DNA of 63,699 nucleotides from Cirrosporium novae-zelandiae. Taxonomy: Eukaryota. This document shows, one piece after another, positions 44,155 to 56,821 of the stretch; position 1 is the first letter of the stretch, and each line of letters opens with the position of its first letter. The position numbers and the translations under genes were made by a program. The stretch spans positions 124,001-187,699 of the forward strand of contig JAPETS010000046.1 in the NCBI GenBank assembly GCA_026023565.1, given 5' to 3'. The notes beneath the pieces are model-generated. The model was not told where the DNA came from. It did no database searches and saw only the letters and a program-made list of their open reading frames with translations.

Positions 44155-47100
44155 GCTAGTAAACGGAGAACGGACTGTGCGGGCCATGGACCATGCGCAT
44201 CCAGTCTACTTCTTCCTCCTCCTCTGTTCTCTATCCCCTCCACCCCCAGATTGGGTTAGACGCCAGACCTGATCTTTAGCTGTTGATCGCTGTATGAAAC
44301 ATGGCCTAGAAGCTTAGAATGTCCCCTGCATCTACTTTGCATCTTACTTTCCTGCATCTTCGAACATCTCTTCTACGGTTCCTGTGTTCCCCATCTAACT
44401 TAACTACTTTCTTCTGTGGGGGAAAAATGAATGGTCAGCAGTGAATCTTCGGATATTACAAGCCACATGAGGTCTAGCCCTGAAGATATCAGAGCAACAT
44501 CTGAGAGACATATTCATCAGCTTCAATATCAAAGTAATTTCTGGTATATTTCATTTCCATCATTTTTCAATCTACACAGCAGCATGGACCTCGTAAAACT
44601 TGTAGTTACTCACTCACCTCTGCATCTCTGGACTCCTTTTATTGATCGTGAATGATGATGGTGATGATGATGATGATGATGCTGCTGCCGGATGGCCTGA
44701 GTTTTGAACCAATGCCCGAGAGACAGGTACTCGGCATCCCGCCTCATCTTACCTCACCTTCACCTTTCACCTCGCTTTGATTCCCCTCCTTCCGATGAAC
44801 TCTCTCTCCACCTAACCTACCTTTCCACCACCTGTCCAATGCCTCGCATGTGGAGAGAGAGGTAGGTAGGTGAGGTTACGCAAAAAAGAACAAGTACGTA
44901 CTACTAATTACTGGTTAACGAACGAACCCAAAGAAACAATCAGGGTTTCGTTTCTAGGTTTTTCTGGTCTCCTGTCATCTCAAAAGGTTGTTTTCCCAGT
45001 TATGCATGCCCAGTAATTACCCAATTGATTTTTACGCCCTACCAATTCCATTGAATGATTCCAAGTGATTCCCCAAAGGTCAGAAGTACAGACGAGGCTT
45101 GAAAGGGGTGTTAAGCTCATTGGGTAAACTTTCTTGGCTTTGAAAAAGCCTTGGAGGAATCACCGGCCTTTTGCGGGTTCCTGCAGCAGAGAGAAGAGGC
45201 GCTGCAGGTTAGGTGTGTGGGTGTGTGTGTCTTGGTGTCTTGGTGTCTTGGTCTTATGTGTACTCAAGTAGCCTAAAGCCTTTTCATTTGTTCGTCTTAA
45301 TTCTCACTTATTAAACCCAAGAATTAAATCCCTATGCCCTTAATTTGAACGAAATGAGGAACAAAACAACAACAAAACAAAAAAGAAAGATGGTTAATGC
45401 CTGAAAATCTTTTCTCAACTTTTGTTCAACAAAAACTTCTGACGCAACTTCGAAACCCCAAGAAGAGTGTTCCCCCTCTCCCTCCCTCCTCCCAAAGAGA
45501 AGCCAGCCAGCCCCTTCATACAGTAGTTTTTGTTTGCCAATAATTAGTGCCTTAAAACCAAGGAAACCAAACAAATGGAAACCAAAACCAAAACCAAAAC
45601 CAAAAAAACACCCCACAACTTGGACTTGGCCTCTCTTGATCTATCTCTTGAGAACCTCCTGTTTGACTTGGGTTGTCCTTTTTGTCTCACTTCCAACAAC
45701 CCACACATCATCCCCCCCCCCCCCAACTCCAACTCCAACTCCAACGGCTAAACCCGGCCTAACTACTAGTATATGTAAAAGTACATGTACAAATCCAGAA
45801 GTTAATCTGGATCTCTTTTCCCACACGAAGAACCCAAAGAAGAATATTAGAGTATAATTAATATCTTAATAATATCTTAAAAAAAAATGTCTTGGGTCAA
45901 TTTCATCTCCACTGACCCAAGAAATTTGTTTTTAATATGGTGCAAATTATTTATTATACATTTTTTTTTGCAAATTTTACGGTGAAAAAGCACCGACCAA
46001 GGTGAGGTGAGGCCCCCTCTCTTGTATTACTTCCGTGTGGCTATGATGACCAGGATGAAACGGGAGATTGCCCAAGATACGTAGACTAATTTTTTTTAGT
46101 TTGGCCGTTTCATCTTGAATAATAGCCCCCGGTCCTTTTTTTTTTGCGCCAAAACCACATCTCTTTCATCCAATGCCTAGACAATTCAAAAAGGAAAATT
46201 GTAATACCATATATTAAATAAGATTGAACAGCCTTTTGGCTCATCATGCAATCATTGTAAATATTACGAAAGCAAGCCCTGCACAATCTTGCCATGAGCC
46301 AATCTAGAGCTTCGTCACTTAACTTTCCATCCCTTTGACCCACTTCAGCCAACATCTCCCTTTACCAAATCCTACTTTCGGATGGCTTAGATATTACTTT
46401 TTGTGTACGAATCCTTTCATGGAACATTCCGTAAGCCACCACATTTATTAAACAACCTCACTGTTGCCGTTTGCCATCATCACTGGGGAGCATCCGCTGC
46501 ATGCTTTCTTCCGCCAAACTCCGCAAATCTTCAATGTCCCCAGCCTATTCATGCCTCATCGTTGTTTAAATACTCGCATAAGACCAAGACATCGGTCATG
46601 GGTTTATTGCCACTTCATTCTGTGGAAGCCAAGCGCAGCCCCCGATAATTACTTCAGCGGTTTAAACGCTCACGTGCCGCCCGAGTCTTGGACATGATCA
46701 ATTTCTTACATGACAAAACCATCCAAGTATAATAATGTCGTGTATCCCAGCCAAAAGTATCACAGCAATTGCGAATGTGGAGAGTCAATTCGACAGTCAA
46801 GGCTCAATCTGTCCGAAACATTGAATCCTTTGATGCATACAGCAGATCTCGGATTGGCATTTGCCAAGTGCCCCAACATTATTAATCCTTTTTGTGGCTT
46901 CAAGGCAGAATGATTTTTGCGAACCCTTCCGATCATACTTTCCCGTTTCTTGTCAATTGCCAGCGGCCGGGAACATGCATTCCCGTCGAAATCTAAATTG
47001 GAGTCCATAAATAAAATGGGTATATTGTCGGTATATTTGGTTGAGGTCCACACTTGATAAAAAATTTTTCTAGAAGGATTAATTTTGAAAATTATAACTT

Positions 47101-47231
47101 CGGTCATCATTACCGTTTGATGGATGACTGAAGGTTAGACTTGACTTCTCATGGCTTGAGATCCCGGGGGCGTTCGACTGAATGACCTTGATGGCGCAGT
47201 ATCAAAGCGTTGGTGCATGCATTTGCCCATT

Positions 47232-49577
47232 TCATTCCGTCTCTTGTCTGCAGCTGTCTTTCCCGCAGATCAGGGTCCTTGCAGTTTGTAGGTCAGTGAT
47301 GCTTTTCAAAAGGTTATTTCTTGTTTTTAGCCATTCGCTTTTTGCTTTTGGACCTAAATCGGTGATGGTCGTTACGGCTCCATAGCATCTCCGAATCTTC
47401 TCATATGTGCCGTCTCCTATATGCACAATGTTTTTCATTCCAGCTTCATTCATTACAATTGCTGATAGGAATGTCACAAACAAGAAAGGATGCTCGATCA
47501 TTTCCGATGCAAAAGCTTGACAAGTCTTCTGTGCTATTATTTTGTACTCATCATCACCTAGTAGGCTGGATAGCCGGAACAGGTTTTGGGCAATTATCCC
47601 ATTTGTACTGGGCTCAGAGTCGTCCGTTCCTGCTTTGAGGCGAAGAGGTACAGGGGAACCCATGTCACCAGACGAGGTAAAGAATCCACCTTGATCAGGG
47701 TCCTGGAAATGCTTGATAAGATAGCCTATTGAAGGTGAGACAGTTTCATGGAGAAGTATGGGGCGCAGAAAATGTGTCACTTACTCTGTAGCTTGTCCGC
47801 AATCTCAAGATACTGATCGTCAAAGGTTGCTTCGTATAGCTCAATGAGACCATGGATGAAGAAAGCATAATCGGAGGCGAATCCAGGCGTGCCACTCTTC
47901 CCTTCCCGATATACACGCCAAAGTTGTCCTGAATTGGAATTAAAGAGATTTTCTATGATAAAAGCGGCAGACTTGACAGCCGCACTTTGGCTTATTTTGG
48001 CTGTCTCTGGATCTAGGTCCCTCAGTTTAATCGAACACCGTGCCAGGGCTGCAATGGCGAGCCCGTTCCAGGAAACGACTATCTTGTCATCCAGCGATGG
48101 TCTAGGACGGACCTGTTCACGGTAGTTTCTCAGTTTCTGCCTGGAAGCCTTGAGGATCAGTGCGACCTCCTTTTCGGCAATACCGACCTGGGGTGCTATT
48201 GTCCCTGGGGTATCTATAATGTGGATGCAATTCTGACTGATGAATTCATCATGAACATCATTTTCACCCGGTATATTGCCGTTTGCTTTCACGTTCCAAA
48301 ACCTTGCAGCAACATCGGCGGCCTGTTCTCCCAAAACTTGCCTTAATTCTTTAAGTGTCCATACATAGTACGCGCCTTCTCTTTTTTCCGTATCGTTGGG
48401 CGATGGAAGACTATCTGCATTCTCACTGGAGAAAAACCCACCTTGTTCACAAGCGATTGGAGGACTAGCGAGATATTTTGCACACAGTTCGCACACTACA
48501 CCGAACATTTCCGGGTCACCTGTCATCTCGAATGCGTCGAGATACACATCCAACAGTTGGGCATTATCATAAAGCATTTTCTCAAAGTGTGGAAGGTTCC
48601 AGTCTTTTGTAACACTATAACGGTGAAATCCGAACCCAATTTGGTCCCGAATGCCTCCTCGTGCCATCATCCGAAGGGTATGAATAGCCATATACCTAGC
48701 GTTCTCACATTCCTTTTGCCCCACAATATCTTTTACTACGTCAGGAAATTGTCCGAGTTTGAGCAAAAATAAAAGATTGACAGGAGTTGGGAATTTAGGT
48801 GCAGTGGAGAAACCCCCATTTACTATGTCAAAGCGAGAGGCGAAATGTTGGTATGCTTCCTCGAGAAGATCAAGCTCAAGACTATCCTGCCCATCATCGC
48901 TAGTTCGGAAGGAATGAGTTCCCTCTTCTGCAAACTCTTTTAGCTGCCTCATACTATCTCCTGCATCGCTGCGACACTTTTCCTGTTGTGTGTTCCAGGT
49001 ATTTTTGACCCAATTTAATATATCCAAGAATGCCATAACTTTTTTTTCGCGTGCAAAGGATGATGAATTTGGACCTGGCCAGTACGTTCCACCAAACACG
49101 GGTTCAAGGTCAGGTGTTAAGAATACGTTGAGAGGCCATCCTCCTGATCCCGTGGTGGCTTGGCAGAATTGGAGGTACACTAGAACGAGAGATTAGATAG
49201 AATATGTTGACTTGCGAAAGTTACTGACCGGAATCTATATCAGGTCGCTCCTCACGATCAACTTTTATTGGAATGAAATTTTCGTTCAGACAGGACGCAA
49301 CTTCTGCATTCATAAACGACTCTTTTTCCATGATATGACACCAGTGGCATGCGGCATACCCGATGCTAACAAACAATAGGCGATTATACTTCTTCGCCAA
49401 CGAGATAGCTTCCGGAGTCCATTCTTGCCATGCGACGGGATTCGCAGCATGTCTCCGAACCTTGATTGCGGATATTAGTTAGCTTTGTATACATTTGCGA
49501 GATTTTGAGGGACTCACATATGGACTTCGGCTCTGGTGAAGTATATTTTTCAATATTAGTGGTTCTGTAGCGGCCAT
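47232..49577 (-). CDS. SPATA20/YyaL-like protein (DUF255 thioredoxin-like plus six-hairpin domain)
   Basis: ATG 49577; introns 49461-49517, 49180-49228, 47726-47784. Motifs [67 protein letters not shown]. Confidence 0.93.
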
Positions 49578-50330
49578 GATACTGGAATTAGTAATGTAAA
49601 TGCACTTGGATAGAGGATAGAAGTTTTCTAAGAGGTTGACATGAAAGCAATCATTATCGACAATGGTACACAGTACGGAGCAAGGGAAGAAAAAGTAAAA
49701 AGAGGTTACGAAAGTCGCATTCTCAAAGTTTCTTTTCTAGAAAGAACATGGGTCTTGAGGGTTTTGAGAAAAAAGCGACTCAAGAAGGAAAGTGGGTGGG
49801 GGGGGGTTGGTATTTGGTAGGCGGTATCGTAGGTGTATCTTGGGTATCTTGGGTATCTTAGCATCTTCGCACACCGGACTATGGTACTGTAGTCTGTAGA
49901 TCTACTAAACCACCCGCTAGGCTCCAAAGCTTATAGATTGCCCTTCCTACTACACTGACGTCGGCGAGGTCGGTTATCTGTCCTTTTTTAGTTTTCTTGC
50001 TATCGTTCGTATCACTCCATTGTCAGAGGACTTTTATCTGTACCGCTCTTCCATGATGAAGCCAACAAACACTCGGTCAAGGGAAAAATGGAGACCGATG
50101 ACCTGTTTAGGATTCGTTGATTCACAATGCCCTCATTACTAGAAGGACACTTTGAAGATACTACCGTGACCTTTAAACCAGACCTTTGCCTTAGTGACAA
50201 ATGGCATTCCTTCAAATGTTAATTTCCGAGCCATATGAATATTCATATATCAGCTCTATTGTCTGAATAATAAGCTGTCCTTTTTTTACCAGAAAAAATT
50301 ATTAACTGTTTATTATTTCTCTATATCATA

Positions 50331-51857
50331 ATGACCGTCCATCCATCCACCCTGAGCTCGCGTGGCCGTGAACTCGCAGCACATTCGATACGAGACCTGT
50401 TCAGAACTGTCATGAGTAGTCCATATGATCCAGACACAAATCCAGATGGCTTCATCAACATGGGCACCGCAGAAAACGTACTCCAAGATCTATCAACAAC
50501 ATTAGGACGACTGCTAAATGTCTTTTGATATAGTATTCAATGCTCCAAGACGTTACCGATTTTGTTGATAGCCAAGTCAGTTCTCTAGGAATACAACCAA
50601 AAGCTTGCACTGAATACTGGGCAGTTCAAACTCACTGCTACCAACTTTACGTATGGTGAAGGGCCATGGGGAACAGCGAGGCTACGAAAAGCCATGGCAA
50701 ACCATATGCACCGCCAATTTCCTACCTACAAGCCATTAGATCCTGAAAATATACTCTTTGCAAGTGGTGTCACAGGTATCTGTCAGATGCTAGGGTTCTC
50801 CATCGCCAACGAGGGTGACGGTATCCTGTTTTCTCGGCCTGTTTATCAAGCCTTTAGACATGATTTCTCAACCCTTCCTAAGTAAGCATTATGACGTCTT
50901 GGGGCTGCATGATTATATTATATAATCTCATACTTATATATCCAGGGTCGTACAAGTATTTACGAGCTTCAATGGAGCAAATCAATTTGACACACATGCA
51001 GTAGATGCGTATGAAAAAGCTCTTCTCAACGCTCAAAAGCAAGGCATCACTGTCCGTGGTATGGTTCTTTGCAATCCACATAACCCCCTCGGCAAGTGCT
51101 ATCCAAAAGAAAGCATAATAAGCATCATGAAATTTTGTTCAGAATACAAAATCCATCTCATAGTCGATGAGATATACTCCCTTTCCGTCTACGACATCCA
51201 GGATCCCGAAGCCGTGAAGTTTACCTCGGCACTTTCGTTCGACTCTACTGAATATATCGACAAGGAGTACCTGCACGTAATGTACGGTATGAGCAAAGAC
51301 ACCGCATCTGGTGGGCTCCGCCTCGGTTGCATCTACACAGAAAACAAAGAGCTCCTGGACGCCATGGGCACGATCAGCAACTTCCACTGGTCAGGAAGCG
51401 CTAACGAGCTCTCCGCAACTCTAATGCTAGAAAACCAAAAATGGATGGATGATTTCCTCAAGACCAGCCGCGAGAGACTCGCCGCACGGAACAAACTCGC
51501 TCGAAAGATCTTGGACGATGCCGGGATCCATTATGCCAAGGGAGCCAACTCCGGCTTCTTCTTATGGCTCGATCTTCGCGGTTTCCTACCACCCCCCGAA
51601 GATAGCATCAAACCTCAAGATAACTGGAAGGGAGAAGAGACTCTCGTGAAGCGCATGGTAGCGAACAAAGTCTACCTATGCGATGGCCACTGTCAGTCCG
51701 CCGAGGAGGCTGGCTGGTTCCGGGTTATTTTCTCGCACGAGGAGCGAGCCCTCAAGGAAGGGTTAAAGAGGTCCGCATGCTTCATTCCATTTCCATTTTC
51801 ATTGTGAAGCTAACGCGTAAGTCAACCAGGATGATCGAAGCTGTAAAAAAACGATAG
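50331..51857 (+). CDS. PLP-dependent class I/II aminotransferase, ACC-synthase-like
   Basis: Introns 50478-50533, 50576-50624, 50882-50945, 51771-51829. Motifs NPDGFINMGTAEN, CNPHNPLG, DEIY, PLP lysine YGMSKD, GLRLG, GWFRVIF. Confidence 0.92.
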
Positions 51858-52464
51858 AAAAATGGGGGTTTGGGGGCGAGCTTGGAATAAACGATGGTGA
51901 CCCGCCCGCCTAATATTCCATTTCATTTCGTTCCCTACTTGGTAATCTCTCTATCTCTATACGGCAAAAAAAAAAAGACAAGTGTGGTTACGGGTTGGAG
52001 TTTCAAATTATCTATCTAGACATGATTTTATACGTACATATATGATCACATACATATATACATATATACATAAAAAAAACCCTTCTTCAATTAGAATACT
52101 TATTTGTATAGTCTACCCTGACCCCTTTTTCCTATCTAAGATCTTGAATTGTTCCTATCCATATTCACCTCCCCCAACCCCTCAGATAAAAAAAGAAAAA
52201 AAGGGAAGGGAAGAAGTACTAATAAAATATTAGCAGATCGTAAGTTAGCTAGATACTACAGATGAAAAGAAATCCAATGCAATAGCCACCATTTTAACAA
52301 TATATTATTTATATTCTTAGGTTATACATCGTATTAAAAGGGGCCAAGCCCAATAAACTAAAGTAAAAAGACCGAAAGGGACATAGGAATACACCTAGTC
52401 GTCTAGATATTTACTTATATGCGTTACCTCGCCTATCCTGCATCCTTTCAATAGCCAATAGTCC

Positions 52465-53020
52465 CCCCGGTAGATAGCCGAGGAAGCAAATTTTGTTGAT
52501 TGACAACCACCAAGATAACCAACAAATTCTTAGCAATTCACGAACAAGCAACTACACCGAATTGTCTATTGAACTGACCACGAATAAAAAATTCATAGCC
52601 CCCCGAGCTAAGGATACATACTTAGGATGATACTGGATCATGACATCCATTATGGTACTATATTGGTGAATCTTTTCCGAGAGCTTATAAAGATTCCGGT
52701 GGATTGTCGAATCCCCTTTACGTGCCTCATATTGGACTTGCACATCAAGAACAGATGCAAGGACCTCTGTAAGGCTTCTACATTTGGAGTTTACTATTTA
52801 TTTCTGTTTTGTTTTGTCTTTCGATAATTCGGATTAGAACGCCATCAAGGTCTTGTTGAAAACCTCTTTAGTCGGGTCAGATCTATGAGCAGTTATTTGG
52901 GGTCAGCTACAATTTCCTCAAAATGTTGTTTAGTTGTTCAAAGACGATGCCAAGGATGTCTCACTAAGTTATATTGTCGGCCGCAGTGTACCAAGGAATG
53001 AAAGCATTCAGATTTGTCAT
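52465..53020 (-). pseudogene. Truncated remnant of a fungal NACHT/NLR-type gene (N-terminal helical domain only)
   Basis: ATG 53020 MTNLNAFIPWYTAADN, then a probable intron with damaged donor, then SDPTKEVFNKTLMAF*SELSKDKTKQK*II...YEARKGDS...IMDVMIQYHPKYVSLARGAMNFLFV, then GTCAGT donor, then VVVNQQNLLPRLSTG, after which similarity ends. Resembles the 'DVLVQHHPEYVSLAWGAMKFLF' motif I recall from fungal NACHT N-termini. Confidence 0.65.
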
Positions 53021-53399
53021 AGGTCGACTCTCCGGACTGACAGAACGACAGGATTGATTCTCAAGCCAAAGAACGGGTACCTGAGTTTAATTTTGGATGA
53101 AAGGTTGGAAAGTGATGATCCATTATTCTATTAGAACCACTTGAATGCACAGAATTTGGGATTGTGAGGCTATAGATAGATACCACTGCGCACACTTCGT
53201 TACCGCCTGAATTTTTGTGCCACTACCCTCAAGACCTCTAGAATGAAGAGTATAAGATTGGGGGTTGTAACGAGGACACAGAGGTCGCAGAATACACAAC
53301 CAACAAGCATAAAACTCCATGAATCGGATCTCCAACTGTACCTCAAACTTTGTCTTCAGATATTCCTCAGCCTCAACCACTTAACGGCATAATACTATC

Positions 53400-55741
53400 C
53401 TCTACCTAATCCTGAGATTGGGACGCGCTCTATAGATACAACATCCTGCAACCGAAATCTACACACTTACTCACATTAAAACTACGAGAGAACAAACTAC
53501 AACCCCCCTTAACTTTGCAGACCACCCACCCTTCTATTATCGATTTCCTAAACACAAGTACAGACCTTTTTACAACCGAACCCGATACCACTGATCCAAT
53601 TCTAAGAAATCTACGCAGACAGTCGGAAGAGTCGGAAAGGTCGCAAGGCTCGTTATACACTAGCTTAGGACTTGCTTCTCCCAGTCCTATAGATATTCCA
53701 GTCATAAACCCTCACTCCTCTAGCCATAGTATAGCCGAACTGAGTAACAGTACTCTACTAGAGGCTCCTTTGACACTACAGAATGCGATCGGTCAGACTG
53801 GTCCTGGCTTACGGTCTCTAGAACATGCCTCCATAGAAGATTTGAGTCCGAGCCCTCAGCTCAATGCCCTCTTATCTATTGATACTAGTAGTTTAGGAAT
53901 TTCGGACGCATTGGTTGTGAGTCTTGAAGCCCTAAAGGCATACATACTCGACTTGCAACAGAAAGCAAAGACCCTAGAGAACTTGGGATGGCAGCGAGAA
54001 CCATCGAGGTTTCAAATCATCCACCGGATAAAGCAAGGAGAGAAGTTCCAGTTTTACTTCGATACCCCCCAGTGGACGATAGAGGAAAACGATTCGAAGG
54101 CTTTGAGAGGTGGTCTCCCACTGTTAAATGTCCCATCATACTTAGACAAGTATCCCAAAGTCGCCTTCATTGTATACCGAAACTATGATGTTTTGGCCAT
54201 GAGACGGGATAATTCTAATGACGAAGAGAGCGACATCATGCTGCAAGTCAAGCACACTGCAGAGAGTCTTTATCATACTACGAAAGATTTTACTGCAGCT
54301 GTTACGGACTTCTTAAAGCTGGACTTGGACTTCTCGGACGTATCCGGTAGTTCCAGGTCCTCTAAAGTACTCTCAGCCCCGTACCTAGTTATTTACCATA
54401 CACGAAATGTCATAGAACAGTATTTACACACATTACCCGATCAGAAACGAAAGCAATTCCAATTATTGCTCGACTATGTTCTTTCTGAATATGCGGAAGA
54501 GTATAGGACTGTCGATTCTCTACTTGGTAGGGGCAAAATCACTTATCTATATATCAAGTATCTCTTCAAACTAGGGGAAGTTCTTGTAGAAGGAAAGGAC
54601 CAAAACGTCAGAGGGGTTTTCTCCGAATCTTGGCTTGGTTATTCGCCCATTTCGCGTAACCAGTCATCCAGAAACGGTTCCAGGATGGAACGCTATGAAA
54701 TTGCTGCTTGGCCATTGGAGATTGATGCTCATGATCTCTCAGAGAAAAGTATTGACAAATTGAGTCTGCGACTTCTAAAATTTGTGAACGAAGACGTGGT
54801 CGATCTGCTTAAACGCAGGGGAGACACATTTTGGAAGTGTTGCATTAGAAATTTTGTCTCTTACCATGAAGATAAGGATCGTGAATTTCATGATTCTAGC
54901 GATGACTAGTACATGATAGATCTCAGAATGTATCACGAACTCCACCCCAGCAACAACAAAGCTGATGAGGTCGATACTGGTGACCTCGGAGCTGAAGCAA
55001 TGGAGCAAGACAGCCCTCCCAACCCTGAATTTGTTTATCTGGCCCCTCTGACGATCAAGGGCTACAATCTAAAGAGAAAAAAGTGGTTGGACTTGCAAGT
55101 AGACAGGATAGCTGAAGTTGTGTGGAACAAAAAAGCATTTAAGAGGTTGGTACTTGATGAGAAGACTAAAGAGCTAATCGAAGCACTCATAAGCAATCAA
55201 CTCAACGCAGAGAAATCGACCGATCTAATAAGTGGGAAGGCCAACGGGTTGATACTCCTCCTTCATGGTGGCCCTGGAACTGGAAAGACTCTCACCGCAG
55301 AAAGCGTTGCCAAAATTGCCGAGAAACCTTTATATCCTGTTACCTGCAGTGATATCGGGATGGAACCAAAAGACGTTGAAAATTACCTCGAGTCAGTTCT
55401 TAGCCTTGGCAGAACCTGGGGATGTGTGGTTTTGCTTGACGAAGCGGACGTGTTCTTGGAGCAACGCAGCCTTGAAGACCTACGGCGGAATGCACTAGTC
55501 CCAGTATTTATAAGAGTTTTGGATTATTATGATGGACGGAAGACAAATTCGCAATGCTATTACCATCGCACGACAATATGCGAAGTGGAAAAAAGAGCGG
55601 TCGATTTATCCCCTTTTAAAAGATATCATTGAGAGGTCTGGAAGATTTGATGTGTATATTGAACAATTGAACGGTGGGTATACGCAGGATCAGCTGGCTG
55701 AAAATGAAGGGTTAAGGCTATCAACGCAGGTTGAAATCTGA
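53400..55741 (+). pseudogene. Fungal AAA+ ATPase (DUF7025-type family), disrupted
   Basis: Walker A HGGPGTGKT, Walker B VVLLDEADVFL, C-terminal GRQIRNAITIARQYA. In-frame stops at 53407, 53413 and 54907 (DD*YMID). A deletion with frameshift after LDYYDG (~55535) removes the expected TSNR...AFxSRI segment. Confidence 0.88.
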
Positions 55742-55744
55742 TGC

Positions 55745-56800
55745 TTATTGACTTAGTTTTTGTCTTTAGTGGTTTCAATTTAATTAATCTGTTTTGTTCC
55801 ATTTACGGAGCTGTGCAAGATCCCCCCCCCCCTAAGAGCTTTTAGGTTATTTATATACTCTTTCACCCGGAATCATTCAACCAACTCCCCAAATATATAA
55901 GGACGACGACGACGATGACACCCTTATTTACAAGCCATCATACTTTTTGCAAGTAGAGGTAAACCTTACACCATTTTTTTTATAAAGCGAAAAAGAACTA
56001 AGTAATATCACGCAACCACCCTCACCCCCTTAATTAAATCCATCATCTCATCTCAACTCATCACACTTCACCTATTATTAACCTATTAAAACAAAACAAA
56101 ACCATCATTAGAGAAAGCAGGGAAAGCGTAAACCCGCAAAAATTACTATAAACATTTATTTATTTAGTAGGTGGGTAAGGTAGGTAGATGGGTAAATAGA
56201 TAGGTAATAATGTGTACAGTATAAAAGGGTTTCCCTTTATCCTTTTTTTGTCGGTTTTGAGACTTTGTTTTTATGAGGTAGAGCAAAGTAGAGTAGAGTA
56301 GGGAAAATGGAGTAGGTATATAAAGTATCCCGTTTTGGTGTTTTGTTTTCCTTCAGTAATTTAGTTGGATGGTCAGTTAGTAGTTAACGTTTAAGAGTAA
56401 GAAATGAGGAACATGATATTGAATATAAATAACAAGAATAACAAGAATATATATATAAATATATATATATACAACACAAAAGAAAGCGGAAGGATGTGGA
56501 AGGGGGAGATAGATATGTGTAGATATAGGTGTAGATGAATAACGAAGGCGCACGCATAGAATACATTTGATAACAGACGACAAGCTGTGTGTTGTGCTGT
56601 GCTCCATCTGTCTATATGGGATAGAACAGAACAGAAGAAAAGACGCCTGATCCCCCCCTCCCCCCTTAGTCTCAATTCCACGCTCACCCCCCCCACTCCA
56701 GCATTAAAAAAAATATGCTTCCTAGAATACATTTATTTATGCCTGCCTTGTCCTGTTTTATCTTATCCCTGGTAGAGTAGCATAGCGCCTTGACAACTTG
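55745..56800. repeat. AT-rich low-complexity tract
   Basis: Poly-C, (GAC)n, (GGTA)n, (TA)n. Confidence 0.75.
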
Positions 56801-56821
56801 TCTAGTTATCCATCCATCCAC

